NCBI RefSeq assembly: GCF_003044035.1 | Contig: NZ_NVQC01000023.1 | Location: 60,001 to 92,000, forward strand | Source: Candidatus Methylomirabilis limnetica | GTDB taxonomy: Bacteria; Methylomirabilota; Methylomirabilia; Methylomirabilales; Methylomirabilaceae | Length of the DNA: 32,000 nt | Direction: 5' to 3' | Part shown: positions 1-6,956 of the stretch, piece after piece | Numbering within the stretch: the stretch's first letter is position 1 | Layout of the letters: every line of letters starts with the position of its first letter | Position numbers and translations under genes: made by a program | The notes under the pieces: generated by a model | The model's database searches: none | What the model was told of the DNA's origin: nothing | The model's input: the letters and a program-made list of their open reading frames with translations, nothing else

Positions 1-227
1 CCTGGGTGGCAGACCGGCTCGCCCTCGAACGTGTCCTCGTTAGGGATGCCGATCTCCTCGATCTCGCCACCGACGTTGCGGACGCGAAACATGTGCAGGT
101 GGTAGTCAAGCCAGCCCATAGCATCCTGAATCGCGACGTGGAGATCCCAGAAGCTGTACCTCGCCGGAACCTCAATGCGGCGCCACACGAGCGGCTCGAC
201 GTCCCGGAGCGTCACCTTGAACTGCAT
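1..227 (-). CDS. pRiA4b ORF-3-like domain protein (N-terminal part; gene continues past the left edge)
   Basis: Own translation of the minus strand from the ATG (complement of 225-227): MQFKVTLRDVEPLVWRRIEVPARYSFWDLHVAIQDAMGWLDYHLHMFRVRNVGGEIEEIGIPNEDTFEGEPVCHP..., open to position 1. The xQFKVTL...WRRIxVP...DLHxxIQxAMGWxDxHLHxF pattern is the hallmark of the plasmid pRiA4b ORF-3 (PF07929-type) domain. It is missing from the supplied ORF track (no stop in the window). The + strand ORF 6..251 is its antisense shadow. Confidence 0.75.
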   Translation of the reverse strand, partial: MQFKVTLRDVEPLVWRRIEVPARYSFWDLHVAIQDAMGWLDYHLHMFRVRNVGGEIEEIGIPNEDTFEGEPVCHP

Positions 228-284
228 CGCATCACGTCTCAGGTCCACTAGCTCTCCTCTGCCGCTGGCTAACGTCCAAATTGA

Positions 285-310
285 GGGACGCGCCGCCCGC
301 GGCACGTCCC
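285..310 (-). terminator. GC-rich hairpin just downstream of the 325..1473 gene (candidate terminator)
   Basis: GGGACGCGCCGC-CC-GCGGCACGTCCC: 12-nt arms with one mismatch, about 15 nt past the stop codon at 325-327. On the transcribed minus strand it is followed by TCAATTT, which is only a weak U-tract. Confidence 0.35.
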
Positions 311-324
311 GCTCGAATGCAGGG

Positions 325-1473
325 TTAGGCGAAAAACGTGATTGAAAGGCCCAACCCTGCGCTTTCGACCCTGGCTCCATTGATTGTGCCTTTGATTCTG
401 GCCCCTTTGATTTTGTGCTTCCTGGCGCGGTGCACGGCGGTCACTGCACGTTGAAGCGCCAGCGTACGGTGAGCTATCCCGGCATCGCCGAATTCGCCCT
501 TCAACACCACCACCTGTTCACCGGCCTGGCTGCGACAGCCGCCCTTGAGTGCCACGGTGAACGGTTTGTTGTTTCCGTCGGCGCTGGTGCGAAACACCAG
601 TTGCTTGGGCTGGGGCCCCTTGGGTGTGGGCGTGTCGCGGGCACCGTCGGGCTCGTTGGTGGTGATGGTCTCGGTATAGGGCAGTGGCAACAGCGGCACG
701 GGCAGGGCGACGGTCAGCGTGTTCTTTGCTGTATCCACCTCGACCGCGTAGAACAAACCGACGTCTCTTGCCGTGGCGGATCGAGGCGGTACGGTGCCCG
801 AGCCCTTGTGCGCCTGGTTGCGCGTGCAACGCAGCGTAGGCTGGCAAATTGGGTCGGCGAGTACCGAATGCGCCGTCTCATCGATCGCGTAGCTGCCCTT
901 TTGCGCGGTGGCATACCGGACCTGGTAGCGTGATGCGCCGGGCTGGACCGCCTGCGCGGTTTCCTTGCCGGTTTTGATCATGGCGTCCCCCTTCTTCGTG
1001 CCCGCCAGTGCCGTGCCCATGTTCTTGATCTCGCGCTCCATACACTTCTCGTCGAGATTCTCGACGCCGCCGCACTTAGCCATGATCTTCCCGATGTCGG
1101 CCGTCATAGGCGCCATCTCGGTGACCATCTTTCCCATCTGGCCGGCCTGTTTGTCGAGCTCGGCGGTTTGCGCCGCATCGAGCGCCTGCATCGTGGGCAG
1201 CGGGGTCGGTGACTGGCTCGCCAGATCGGCCACCAGGCTCACGCTGCGCTTGGAGCGCCATTCGCGCAGGTCGTTTATGTCCTGCTTCTTGCCGACCGAC
1301 TCGTAGACGTAATCGACGCTGAGCGTGGCCTTTGCGCCAGCAGGTGCGAAGGCGTAGGCTGTATGAATTGCTGTCGTCATGACTGCCAACATTATGACCA
1401 AGGCTGCCGATACAAGCTGCATTGCATCGCTCAGCTTTGTTTCATCCCTGACTTTTCGTCCTAAGTTGCGCAC
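325..1473 (-). CDS. secreted protein of unknown function (signal peptide, Met/Lys-rich segment)
   Basis: Long ORF 325..1554. I prefer the GTG at 1473 because AAGGAGG (complement of 1480-1486) lies 6 nt upstream. That start gives VRNLGRKVRDETKLSDAMQLVSAALVIMLAVMTTAIHTAYA/FA: a basic n-region, a hydrophobic core and an AxA-type cleavage site. No family recognised. Confidence 0.6.
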   Translation of the reverse strand: MRNLGRKVRDETKLSDAMQLVSAALVIMLAVMTTAIHTAYAFAPAGAKATLSVDYVYESVGKKQDINDLREWRSKRSVSLVADLASQSPTPLPTMQALDAAQTAELDKQAGQMGKMVTEMAPMTADIGKIMAKCGGVENLDEKCMEREIKNMGTALAGTKKGDAMIKTGKETAQAVQPGASRYQVRYATAQKGSYAIDETAHSVLADPICQPTLRCTRNQAHKGSGTVPPRSATARDVGLFYAVEVDTAKNTLTVALPVPLLPLPYTETITTNEPDGARDTPTPKGPQPKQLVFRTSADGNNKPFTVALKGGCRSQAGEQVVVLKGEFGDAGIAHRTLALQRAVTAVHRARKHKIKGARIKGTINGARVESAGLGLSITFFA

Positions 1474-1618
1474 AAATGTCCTCCTTGGTTTTGTCGAAGA
1501 ATTCTTCACCTGAACTTCGGCTTGCTGCCGGCTAATCGAGCTGGGCTGGTTCACTGCCGCCTAACGCCGCGATCAGCCGCCGGAGCAGCCGGTCGGCTGC
1601 ATTGCCTGGTTCGCTGTT

Positions 1619-2149
1619 CTATTTGTCCTGTAACTGATCCTTTACCCTTTGAGGGAGCAGGGCGGTTAATTCTGGATAGGTTTCAATTATTCTTGAAATG
1701 TCGGCAAGATCCTTTTGTCTCTTGCTCCTCCGTCGTGCTTCATCCATGAATGCCCACAACTTGCCTTGCAGCACATTTTCTAACGATGCAACCTTTATTT
1801 CGTATCCTAGAACCTCTTGCATCGTGGCGCTAGCGATAAAACTCTGATATCGAGGGTCAGTCTGTACCTGAATCCGAAGATCTGAATCCGAGCCGCTGAG
1901 ATTGATGCTATAAGGAAACTCCTCTACTTTCATTTTCTTCGATCTTGCGGTGTTGGCTACTGCTTGAATACTATCGACTGCAACCACAATATCGACATCT
2001 AGGCTGACGACAGGCTCAACGTAGGCGTTTACGGCGAGCCCACCAATCAGACAATAGTGAGAACCTGTTTCAGTGAGAATGCCGAGAAGCTGTTGCAGGA
2101 TATCCGTTTTCCCCTTTGCCAGAGAATTCAGGAATTCCTTTGCAGTCAT
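1619..2149 (-). CDS. minimal nucleotidyltransferase-fold protein (AbiEii/DUF2204-like superfamily)
   Basis: 176-aa ORF with a purine-rich RBS (GAGGGGGAAAG before the ATG). It has the NTase signature CLIGGLAVNAYVEPVVSLDVDIVV (GG...S/T.D.D) and a C-terminal KLWAFMDEARRRSKRQKDLADISRI helix typical of these small NTases. G+C is visibly lower (by eye) than in both flanking genes. Confidence 0.7.
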   Translation of the reverse strand: MTAKEFLNSLAKGKTDILQQLLGILTETGSHYCLIGGLAVNAYVEPVVSLDVDIVVAVDSIQAVANTARSKKMKVEEFPYSINLSGSDSDLRIQVQTDPRYQSFIASATMQEVLGYEIKVASLENVLQGKLWAFMDEARRRSKRQKDLADISRIIETYPELTALLPQRVKDQLQDK

Positions 2150-2226
2150 CTTTCCCCCTCTTTCCTTTTTCCAGCAAACGCTCCGGTTCAGCGGCGGCGC
2201 CTAGCGCCGGCCGCTGCAACCGCTTA

Positions 2227-3264
2227 TTAGGCGTCGCTCGCCTGCCTCTCCACGTCCCATTCGAGTGCCCAGCGTAGCCAGCTTGAGCGCGATGGACGGC
2301 GACCAACGGTTCCCGTCCACAGAGCCGAGGCCACGGACACGAGGCTACCCCCAATAGCGGCCGCTGGCGCAAGAGCAGGCGCGGCGCCCGCGAGGCCAAT
2401 CAAACCTGCCGTGACGCCCATGATTTTACCTGCAGCGCTGAGACGCGCGGGTAGGCCTAAGAGAGCCGCGACCTCTCGCGTCGCTTCGCGATCCAGGGAG
2501 CCCGCCTTGAGTTCATGGATATTTCGATCTCGGATCACTCCTCGCGCCTCATGCAAGAAGGTGGCGTACGCTTCGAGGGTCATTGATGGAGCCATGCCCG
2601 CAACGGCGTCAGCGAGCGAAAGCGCGATGTTCGGAGCAGGCCCGGTCTCCTTGCTCATTGTGGGAAGGGCCTGGAGTTCACGAATCGGGTGAGCCAGAAA
2701 ATACGAATCAGTACCAACGAGTTCACCGTACAGCGGGTACCGGAGAACGACATCGAAGGCGTAGAGGATGTCGTCTACCGACATTCCGACAACCGCGGCC
2801 AGCTCCTCCAGAAGCGGATCCTCGTGAAGACGTTCAACGTCAAAGACATACCTGGGCCTGATACGGGCCAAGTGACCATCCCGTATCCATGGTTCGGCGT
2901 GGAGCTGAAGCCATCGTCGGAGCGCGTCCTTGCTATTGCGCGCCCATCGAGCAAAGCCTCGGAAGGCCTCACCCAAATACTCCGGGTGGAGCGTCCTTCT
3001 CTCCTCGATTTGGTAGATCAGAGGAGCGAACAGCTGGCTATCACGGGACCGGAACTGCGCAAGGATGGGCGGTAGGGCAGGGTAGTCCGGTGAAACGACT
3101 CTTGCCCAGACTGGCATCGTGAGCCGGGCGACGTCGCTGTAGACGAAGAAATCCGCCAATCTTCCGGCGAGTCGCGGGCCCCATGGATCACGCGTTCCAC
3201 CGCGGAATAGCGACTCAACGGCGTTGAGGGAGGTGATATCAACGACTGGAGAAAGGTCAGCCAT
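2227..3264 (-). CDS. hypothetical protein (345 aa), Ala/Gly-rich hydrophobic C-terminal region
   Basis: Long ORF in a high-GC frame. AAGGAGG (complement of 3270-3276) lies 5 nt upstream of the ATG at 3264. No recognisable domain. The C-terminal stretch GKIMGVTAGLIGLAGAAPALAPAAAIGGSLVSVASALW looks membrane-associated. Confidence 0.6.
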   Translation of the reverse strand: MADLSPVVDITSLNAVESLFRGGTRDPWGPRLAGRLADFFVYSDVARLTMPVWARVVSPDYPALPPILAQFRSRDSQLFAPLIYQIEERRTLHPEYLGEAFRGFARWARNSKDALRRWLQLHAEPWIRDGHLARIRPRYVFDVERLHEDPLLEELAAVVGMSVDDILYAFDVVLRYPLYGELVGTDSYFLAHPIRELQALPTMSKETGPAPNIALSLADAVAGMAPSMTLEAYATFLHEARGVIRDRNIHELKAGSLDREATREVAALLGLPARLSAAGKIMGVTAGLIGLAGAAPALAPAAAIGGSLVSVASALWTGTVGRRPSRSSWLRWALEWDVERQASDA

Positions 3265-3415
3265 CTGTTCCTCCTTTGGAGCGACCGCTGCTGTCTCGCA
3301 TGCTTCCCGGCGACGCCTAACGTGTTAGGTATCAGCTGCAGTTCGCCCCAGCCGACTCGCCTGCCGAGACCATCTCACACGGGCGAACTGTCGGCTGGAT
3401 ACCTTTGTTAGCGAC

Positions 3416-3994
3416 TTATCGTAGCCATGCGCAGTACGGTTCGACCAGCCGCGCCACGGCCACGATGGTCCGGTACCTCGACTTCATCCGCTGAGGATGC
3501 GCACTCATGTCTTCCCGCACAGCGCACACGGTCGAGCAGCCGAGAACGAACCTCACCGGGCTGCCCATATCTGAACCATCAGCGTACTGCCATAGGTCGA
3601 GCACCCGGCTCGTATCCGTAGTCAGTTGGTCGAACACGAAGGCCGTCGTCGCGTCGTCCATCTTGCCTGTAACGGGGCCCATGCCCTGGGGTAACGGCAG
3701 CCACCTCGCACGATCGCCAGAGTACTCCGACGCCGAATCAGAGGCAGTCGTTGGCCTTGCTCCTCCTGTGGTAGCTGGTTCCACGAAGATCACGTACCCG
3801 CGCTCGCCTGCGCACAGCTCCTGGACCAGGCCCGGGCGAGCCTTCGCTGATCTGGCGACCCAGAACGTGCGCCCCACGGCGTCAACGTCGGCCATCTTCC
3901 GCTTGAAGATAGCGTCGACTCCTTCGCCCGCGTGGTCGCCCATGACGCTGATGACACAGCCCGAGGCGGCGAGCGCCTGATCAACGAGTTCCAC
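3416..3994 (-). CDS. hypothetical protein (192 aa)
   Basis: ORF with a GTG start at 3994, preceded by AGGAGG (complement of 3999-4004) and a TATACT -10-like box further upstream on the same strand. No family recognised. Confidence 0.6.
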   Translation of the reverse strand: MELVDQALAASGCVISVMGDHAGEGVDAIFKRKMADVDAVGRTFWVARSAKARPGLVQELCAGERGYVIFVEPATTGGARPTTASDSASEYSGDRARWLPLPQGMGPVTGKMDDATTAFVFDQLTTDTSRVLDLWQYADGSDMGSPVRFVLGCSTVCAVREDMSAHPQRMKSRYRTIVAVARLVEPYCAWLR

Positions 3995-4621
3995 GCTGCC
4001 TCCTGATGTCGCTAACCATTGAGTATACTGACCGGCATATCACGGTCCGAAACGTTTGACGACTGCGGCGATTCTCCTGTCTTTTCAGGAACTTGTCAAG
4101 TCCGCACGGCACCGATTGTAGTCGGCAAAGGCCGACGGACCTACTTACTCTTTAGTATTATACATATAACTACTACGTCAAGAAAAAAATGGCATCGCGC
4201 TCTCCAGGTTGCAACGGACGGCGGCGATGGGCGGACGCGTTGAGATTTATGAAGTGGAGCAGGGGAGTGGTCCTGATTCGTAGTTGCGCGGGGCCTTGTG
4301 TCGATCGGCTGTTGTGAGTTATACTCCACCCGTGTTGCGCCACAGAAGAATGGCTCGTAATAGCTAAGTTGCTGATGTAGATGTGCTACCACAGAGGGTT
4401 TAGTGGTTCCTGTGCTTTCCCCTCTATTCCCCATGTTTCCTCTGTTTTGCCCTACCGATTCACACCAATATTTACACCATCGAAGAGAGTATCTTAGGCA
4501 TATGACGCTTCATCCGGAAATATTTCCAACAGCACCCGTTCGGTTGTTGTGGATGCGATTACCGTTCAGGGCCGTTCTTATCGGCAGGGCTTATCGTTAT
4601 ACGCTTTGAAAACATATTCCA

Positions 4622-4834
4622 ATGAGTGATCCTCTACACGGCATAACGCTCCAGGCTATCCTCGATCGTCTCGTTGAACATTACGGTTGGGAAGTATTAG
4701 GACGGCGGATACGCATCCGTTGTTTTATGTCGGATCCGAGCATCAAGTCGAGTCTTACGTTTCTACGGAAGACTCCATGGGCTCGCCTCAAAGTGGAACG
4801 CTTGTATCTTGCGCTGGTCGGAGAGGCCGAGTGA
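4622..4834 (+). CDS. DUF2132 / VF530-family small protein
   Basis: 70-aa [66 protein letters not shown]. The [15 protein letters not shown]...I.I.CF...[22 protein letters not shown] pattern is the conserved DUF2132 core. Confidence 0.85.
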   Translation: MSDPLHGITLQAILDRLVEHYGWEVLGRRIRIRCFMSDPSIKSSLTFLRKTPWARLKVERLYLALVGEAE

Positions 4835-5301
4835 CCCAGGTCTATGTTGACTCCGATGCCTGCCCGGTTAAGGCGGAGGTGATCCGCGTGACCAAACGGT
4901 ATGGGCTCGGCGTGACGTTCGTATCCAATTTCTGGATGCGCCTTCCAGAAGAGTGGGGCGCAAAGCTTGTCGTGGTCGAGGGGCAGTTCGATGCGGCAGA
5001 CGACTGGATCGTCGAGCATGTTGTGATGAACGATGTTGTCGTGACGGGGGACATCCCTCTCGCTCACCGCTGTATTAAGGTAGGAGCTCGGGTGATCGGG
5101 CCGGCCGGACGCCTTTTTGATGAGGATAACATCGGAAGCATTCTCGCGACGCGTGACCTTCTGCATGTTCTTCGCGGGGCGGGGGAGATTACGGGTGGGC
5201 CGGCCCCGTTTCAGAATAAGGACCGGTCAAAGTTTCTTCAAGCGCTCGATCAGGTCATTCAAGACATTAAGCGATCCCTGACAAATCCCAATGCAAACTG
5301 A
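4831..5301 (+). CDS. yaiI: YaiI/YqxD-family protein (UPF0178, DUF188)
   Basis: In-frame GTG at 4831 overlaps the upstream stop (GTGA). It gives [25 protein letters not shown]...VVTGDIPLA..., matching the V.VDADACP ... T.DIPLAA pattern of UPF0178. The longer track ORF from 4687 would overlap the DUF2132 gene. Confidence 0.85.
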   Translation: MTQVYVDSDACPVKAEVIRVTKRYGLGVTFVSNFWMRLPEEWGAKLVVVEGQFDAADDWIVEHVVMNDVVVTGDIPLAHRCIKVGARVIGPAGRLFDEDNIGSILATRDLLHVLRGAGEITGGPAPFQNKDRSKFLQALDQVIQDIKRSLTNPNAN

Positions 5302-5373
5302 ACGTTTTCAATCAATATTCTGGTTAGCTCAACCCGTCCCTTTGGTAAGTGGACACTCCCGATGAATACCACC

Positions 5374-5402
5374 TTGACGCAAGTCCTCCGACCCCTTATA
5401 AT
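5374..5402 (+). promoter_or_regulatory. near-consensus sigma70-type promoter (TTGACG-17 nt-TATAAT) upstream of tRNA-Arg
   Basis: TTGACG at 5374-5379, an exactly 17-nt spacer, TATAAT at 5397-5402. It lies about 130 nt upstream of the tRNA 5' end. A weaker GATAAT at 5520-5525 sits 7 nt before the tRNA. Confidence 0.4.
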
Positions 5403-5532
5403 CGGGCACGCCTCAGACGACCCGACCTTCAAGAGCCCGGAGGGGAGTCGTACCGCTTCTTGTGAATGGTTTTTACGACGCCCTGAGGAGTGATCTTCAA
5501 GAGTGAAGCTTACTAAAGAGATAATATGGCAG

Positions 5533-5609
5533 GCGCCCGTAGCTCAGATGGATAGAGCAAGGGTTTCCTAAACCCTGTGTCGCAGGTTCAAATCCTGTCG
5601 GGCGCACCA
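5533..5609 (+). tRNA. tRNA-Arg (anticodon CCT), CCA encoded
   Basis: Hand-folded cloverleaf. Acceptor GCGCCCG/CGGGCGC; D arm GCTC-AGATGGATA-GAGC; anticodon arm AGGGT-TTCCTAA-ACCCT (U33, CCT, A37); variable loop GTGTC; T arm GCAGG-TTCAAAT-CCTGT; discriminator A; CCA. 77 nt in total. Confidence 0.95.
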
Positions 5610-5706
5610 GCGCCCTCCGGTTCACTGGGGAGGTAAAATACATAATGACAATGATGGGGCTTGGTATAAAGAATATCGTTAGCGCATTAGCCCGCGTCGC
5701 TCAGTA

Positions 5707-6357
5707 ATGGAAAGTGGGAGCGGGCTCATAACTTTCGTCACCGACAGGTGGAAGGGGGCTGTCGCAGCGGTTATTGGGCTATTAGCTCTCTCGGCCGTCA
5801 TCGCCGGGTATTCCGCTTGGAACAGCAGCAAGGAAGTGAACGCCGGGGTCCTCCTGCGTAAGGCAGTGAGTCGGTTGGAAGCAAACTCGCAAACCGGACA
5901 GGATACCACGAAACAGGAGGAGGGTGTTCGATCATTGCAAGAGGTAATGTCTCGTTATGCCCAAAGCGCCGCCGCAGTGGAGGCTACACTTCGCTTGGGT
6001 ACCCTCTACTATACGGGAGGTAAATACGACGAGGCTCGAAGTGTGTACACCGCCTATCTCAGCAAGAACCCGAGGGGTCGCATCGCCTTTTCGGCCGGCA
6101 TCGGGGTGGGGGATACGTATCTAGCACAGCGTAATTATGCGAAGGCAGTAGACACGTACTCACGGCTTATCGAACAGTTTTCTCAGGAGCCTTTGCTTCC
6201 TGAGGCGCATCTTCATCTGGCCAGAGCCTATCTTGGAATGAATCGACTGAAAGATGCCGGCGCGGTTTATGAGAAGCTTGTCGCAGCCCATCCCAATACT
6301 GGCTGGGCTCGGAGCGCACAGGGCGAGTTGTACAGGCTCAGCCTAACCTCGCGATAA
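5707..6357 (+). CDS. membrane-anchored tetratricopeptide-repeat protein (YfgM/YbgF-like architecture)
   Basis: 216-aa ORF. N-terminal TM helix AVAAVIGLLALSAVIAGYSAW, followed by TPR-like repeats (LRLGTLYYTGGKYDEARSVYTAYL, GVGDTYLAQRNYAKAVDTYSRLI, LHLARAYLGMNRLKDAGAVYEKLV). Confidence 0.75.
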   Translation: MESGSGLITFVTDRWKGAVAAVIGLLALSAVIAGYSAWNSSKEVNAGVLLRKAVSRLEANSQTGQDTTKQEEGVRSLQEVMSRYAQSAAAVEATLRLGTLYYTGGKYDEARSVYTAYLSKNPRGRIAFSAGIGVGDTYLAQRNYAKAVDTYSRLIEQFSQEPLLPEAHLHLARAYLGMNRLKDAGAVYEKLVAAHPNTGWARSAQGELYRLSLTSR

Positions 6358-6499
6358 GAAGCCATCGTTCCGCTTGTGTTCCCGCTGCTTGACACCCCGT
6401 AAGCTCACCCCTCAAAACAGCCTTCAGATGCGTAGCGGTATCAGAAGCCTAACGTCGTATAAGAAATATTATGGTAACTACTCAGACGGGGCAGGCTGG

Positions 6500-6780
6500 T
6501 CAAACACGGAATGACTGGCCAGAATAGAAGACGATACCCCGCAGCTTAATGCTGGGTAGTTCATGCGCGTCACCTGTCAAGGCGCCGGTGACCGCCCCCA
6601 CCACTGCGTCAATAGCCGAACCCCTTCCCGGCGCTCCCGCAATCCCGCCAAGAATGGCACCCGTGGCGGCACCGATCTCGGCATCAGTCAGCGTCCCGCT
6701 CTCACGGGGGGGGTCAGAGGTGTAGCACACCCTGTAAGCACCAACAAGAAGATCGCACTTACCGCTATGGTGTATTTCAT
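6500..6780 (-). pseudogene. OsmB-like small glycine-zipper lipoprotein, frame broken at a C8/G8 homopolymer
   Basis: The ATG at 6780 gives MKYTIAVSAIFLLVLTGC (lipobox) ATPLTPPVRAGR-stop. The glycine-zipper part (PRESGTLTDAEIGAATGAILGGIAGAPGRGSAIDAVVGAVTGALTGD...) continues in another frame as track ORF 6500..6730. The frames change at the G8 run 6706-6713. Paralogue B reads through in a single frame with 2 fewer nucleotides here. A TTGCTA-17-TATATT promoter and an AAGGTGAG RBS lie upstream on the minus strand. Confidence 0.55.
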
Positions 6781-6883
6781 TGCCCTCACCTTTTGTCCAA
6801 TATAGAGCACAAACTCAACGGTAGCAATAACCATGACAGTGCAACTCAGGCGTAGACACCGAAGTTCGGAGTTGCACCTCGGA

Positions 6884-6912
6884 TTGACGGGGTCATGAAG
6901 GGCTGCTAAGAT
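6884..6912 (+). promoter_or_regulatory. candidate promoter of the 211-aa lipoprotein gene, with an inverted repeat across the -10
   Basis: TTGACG (6884-6889), 17-nt spacer, TAAGAT (6907-6912). The inverted repeat GGGGTCAT (6889-6896) / ATGACCCC (6911-6918) spans the spacer and the -10. AGGAGG RBS before the ATG at 6957. The same arrangement occurs in copy B with one arm mismatch. Confidence 0.4.
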
Positions 6913-6956
6913 GACCCCATAAAGGGGGATGACATTTCCGCTGAAAGGAGGAGACG

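Noticed and set aside
6-251. 81-aa + strand ORF at the left edge
   Set aside because: It is the antisense shadow of the minus-strand pRiA4b ORF-3-like gene, whose translation shows a clear family signature. The + strand product has no recognisable features.
415-1306. Several 60-170-aa ORFs overlapping the 325..1473 gene on both strands
   Set aside because: They are nested in a longer ORF that has an RBS and a signal peptide. Their compositions are Arg/Gly/Ala-rich noise.
268-4016. GCTAAC/CCTAAC hexamer upstream of four consecutive minus-strand genes (268, 1561, 3316, 4011) as a shared promoter element
   Set aside because: The distances to the start codons differ widely (about 17 to 88 nt) and the hexamer is short. 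I cannot distinguish this from chance without a genome-wide count.
4141-4434. 97-aa minus-strand ORF in the AT-rich gap
   Set aside because: It has no RBS, an odd composition and no recognisable domain. I treat it as non-coding.
5533-5609. tRNA-Arg as an integration site of the left-hand accessory block
   Set aside because: There is no integrase gene in the window. I found no direct repeat of the tRNA 3' end. Two apparently core genes (DUF2132, yaiI) lie between the block and the tRNA, and the block is on the 5' side of the tRNA.
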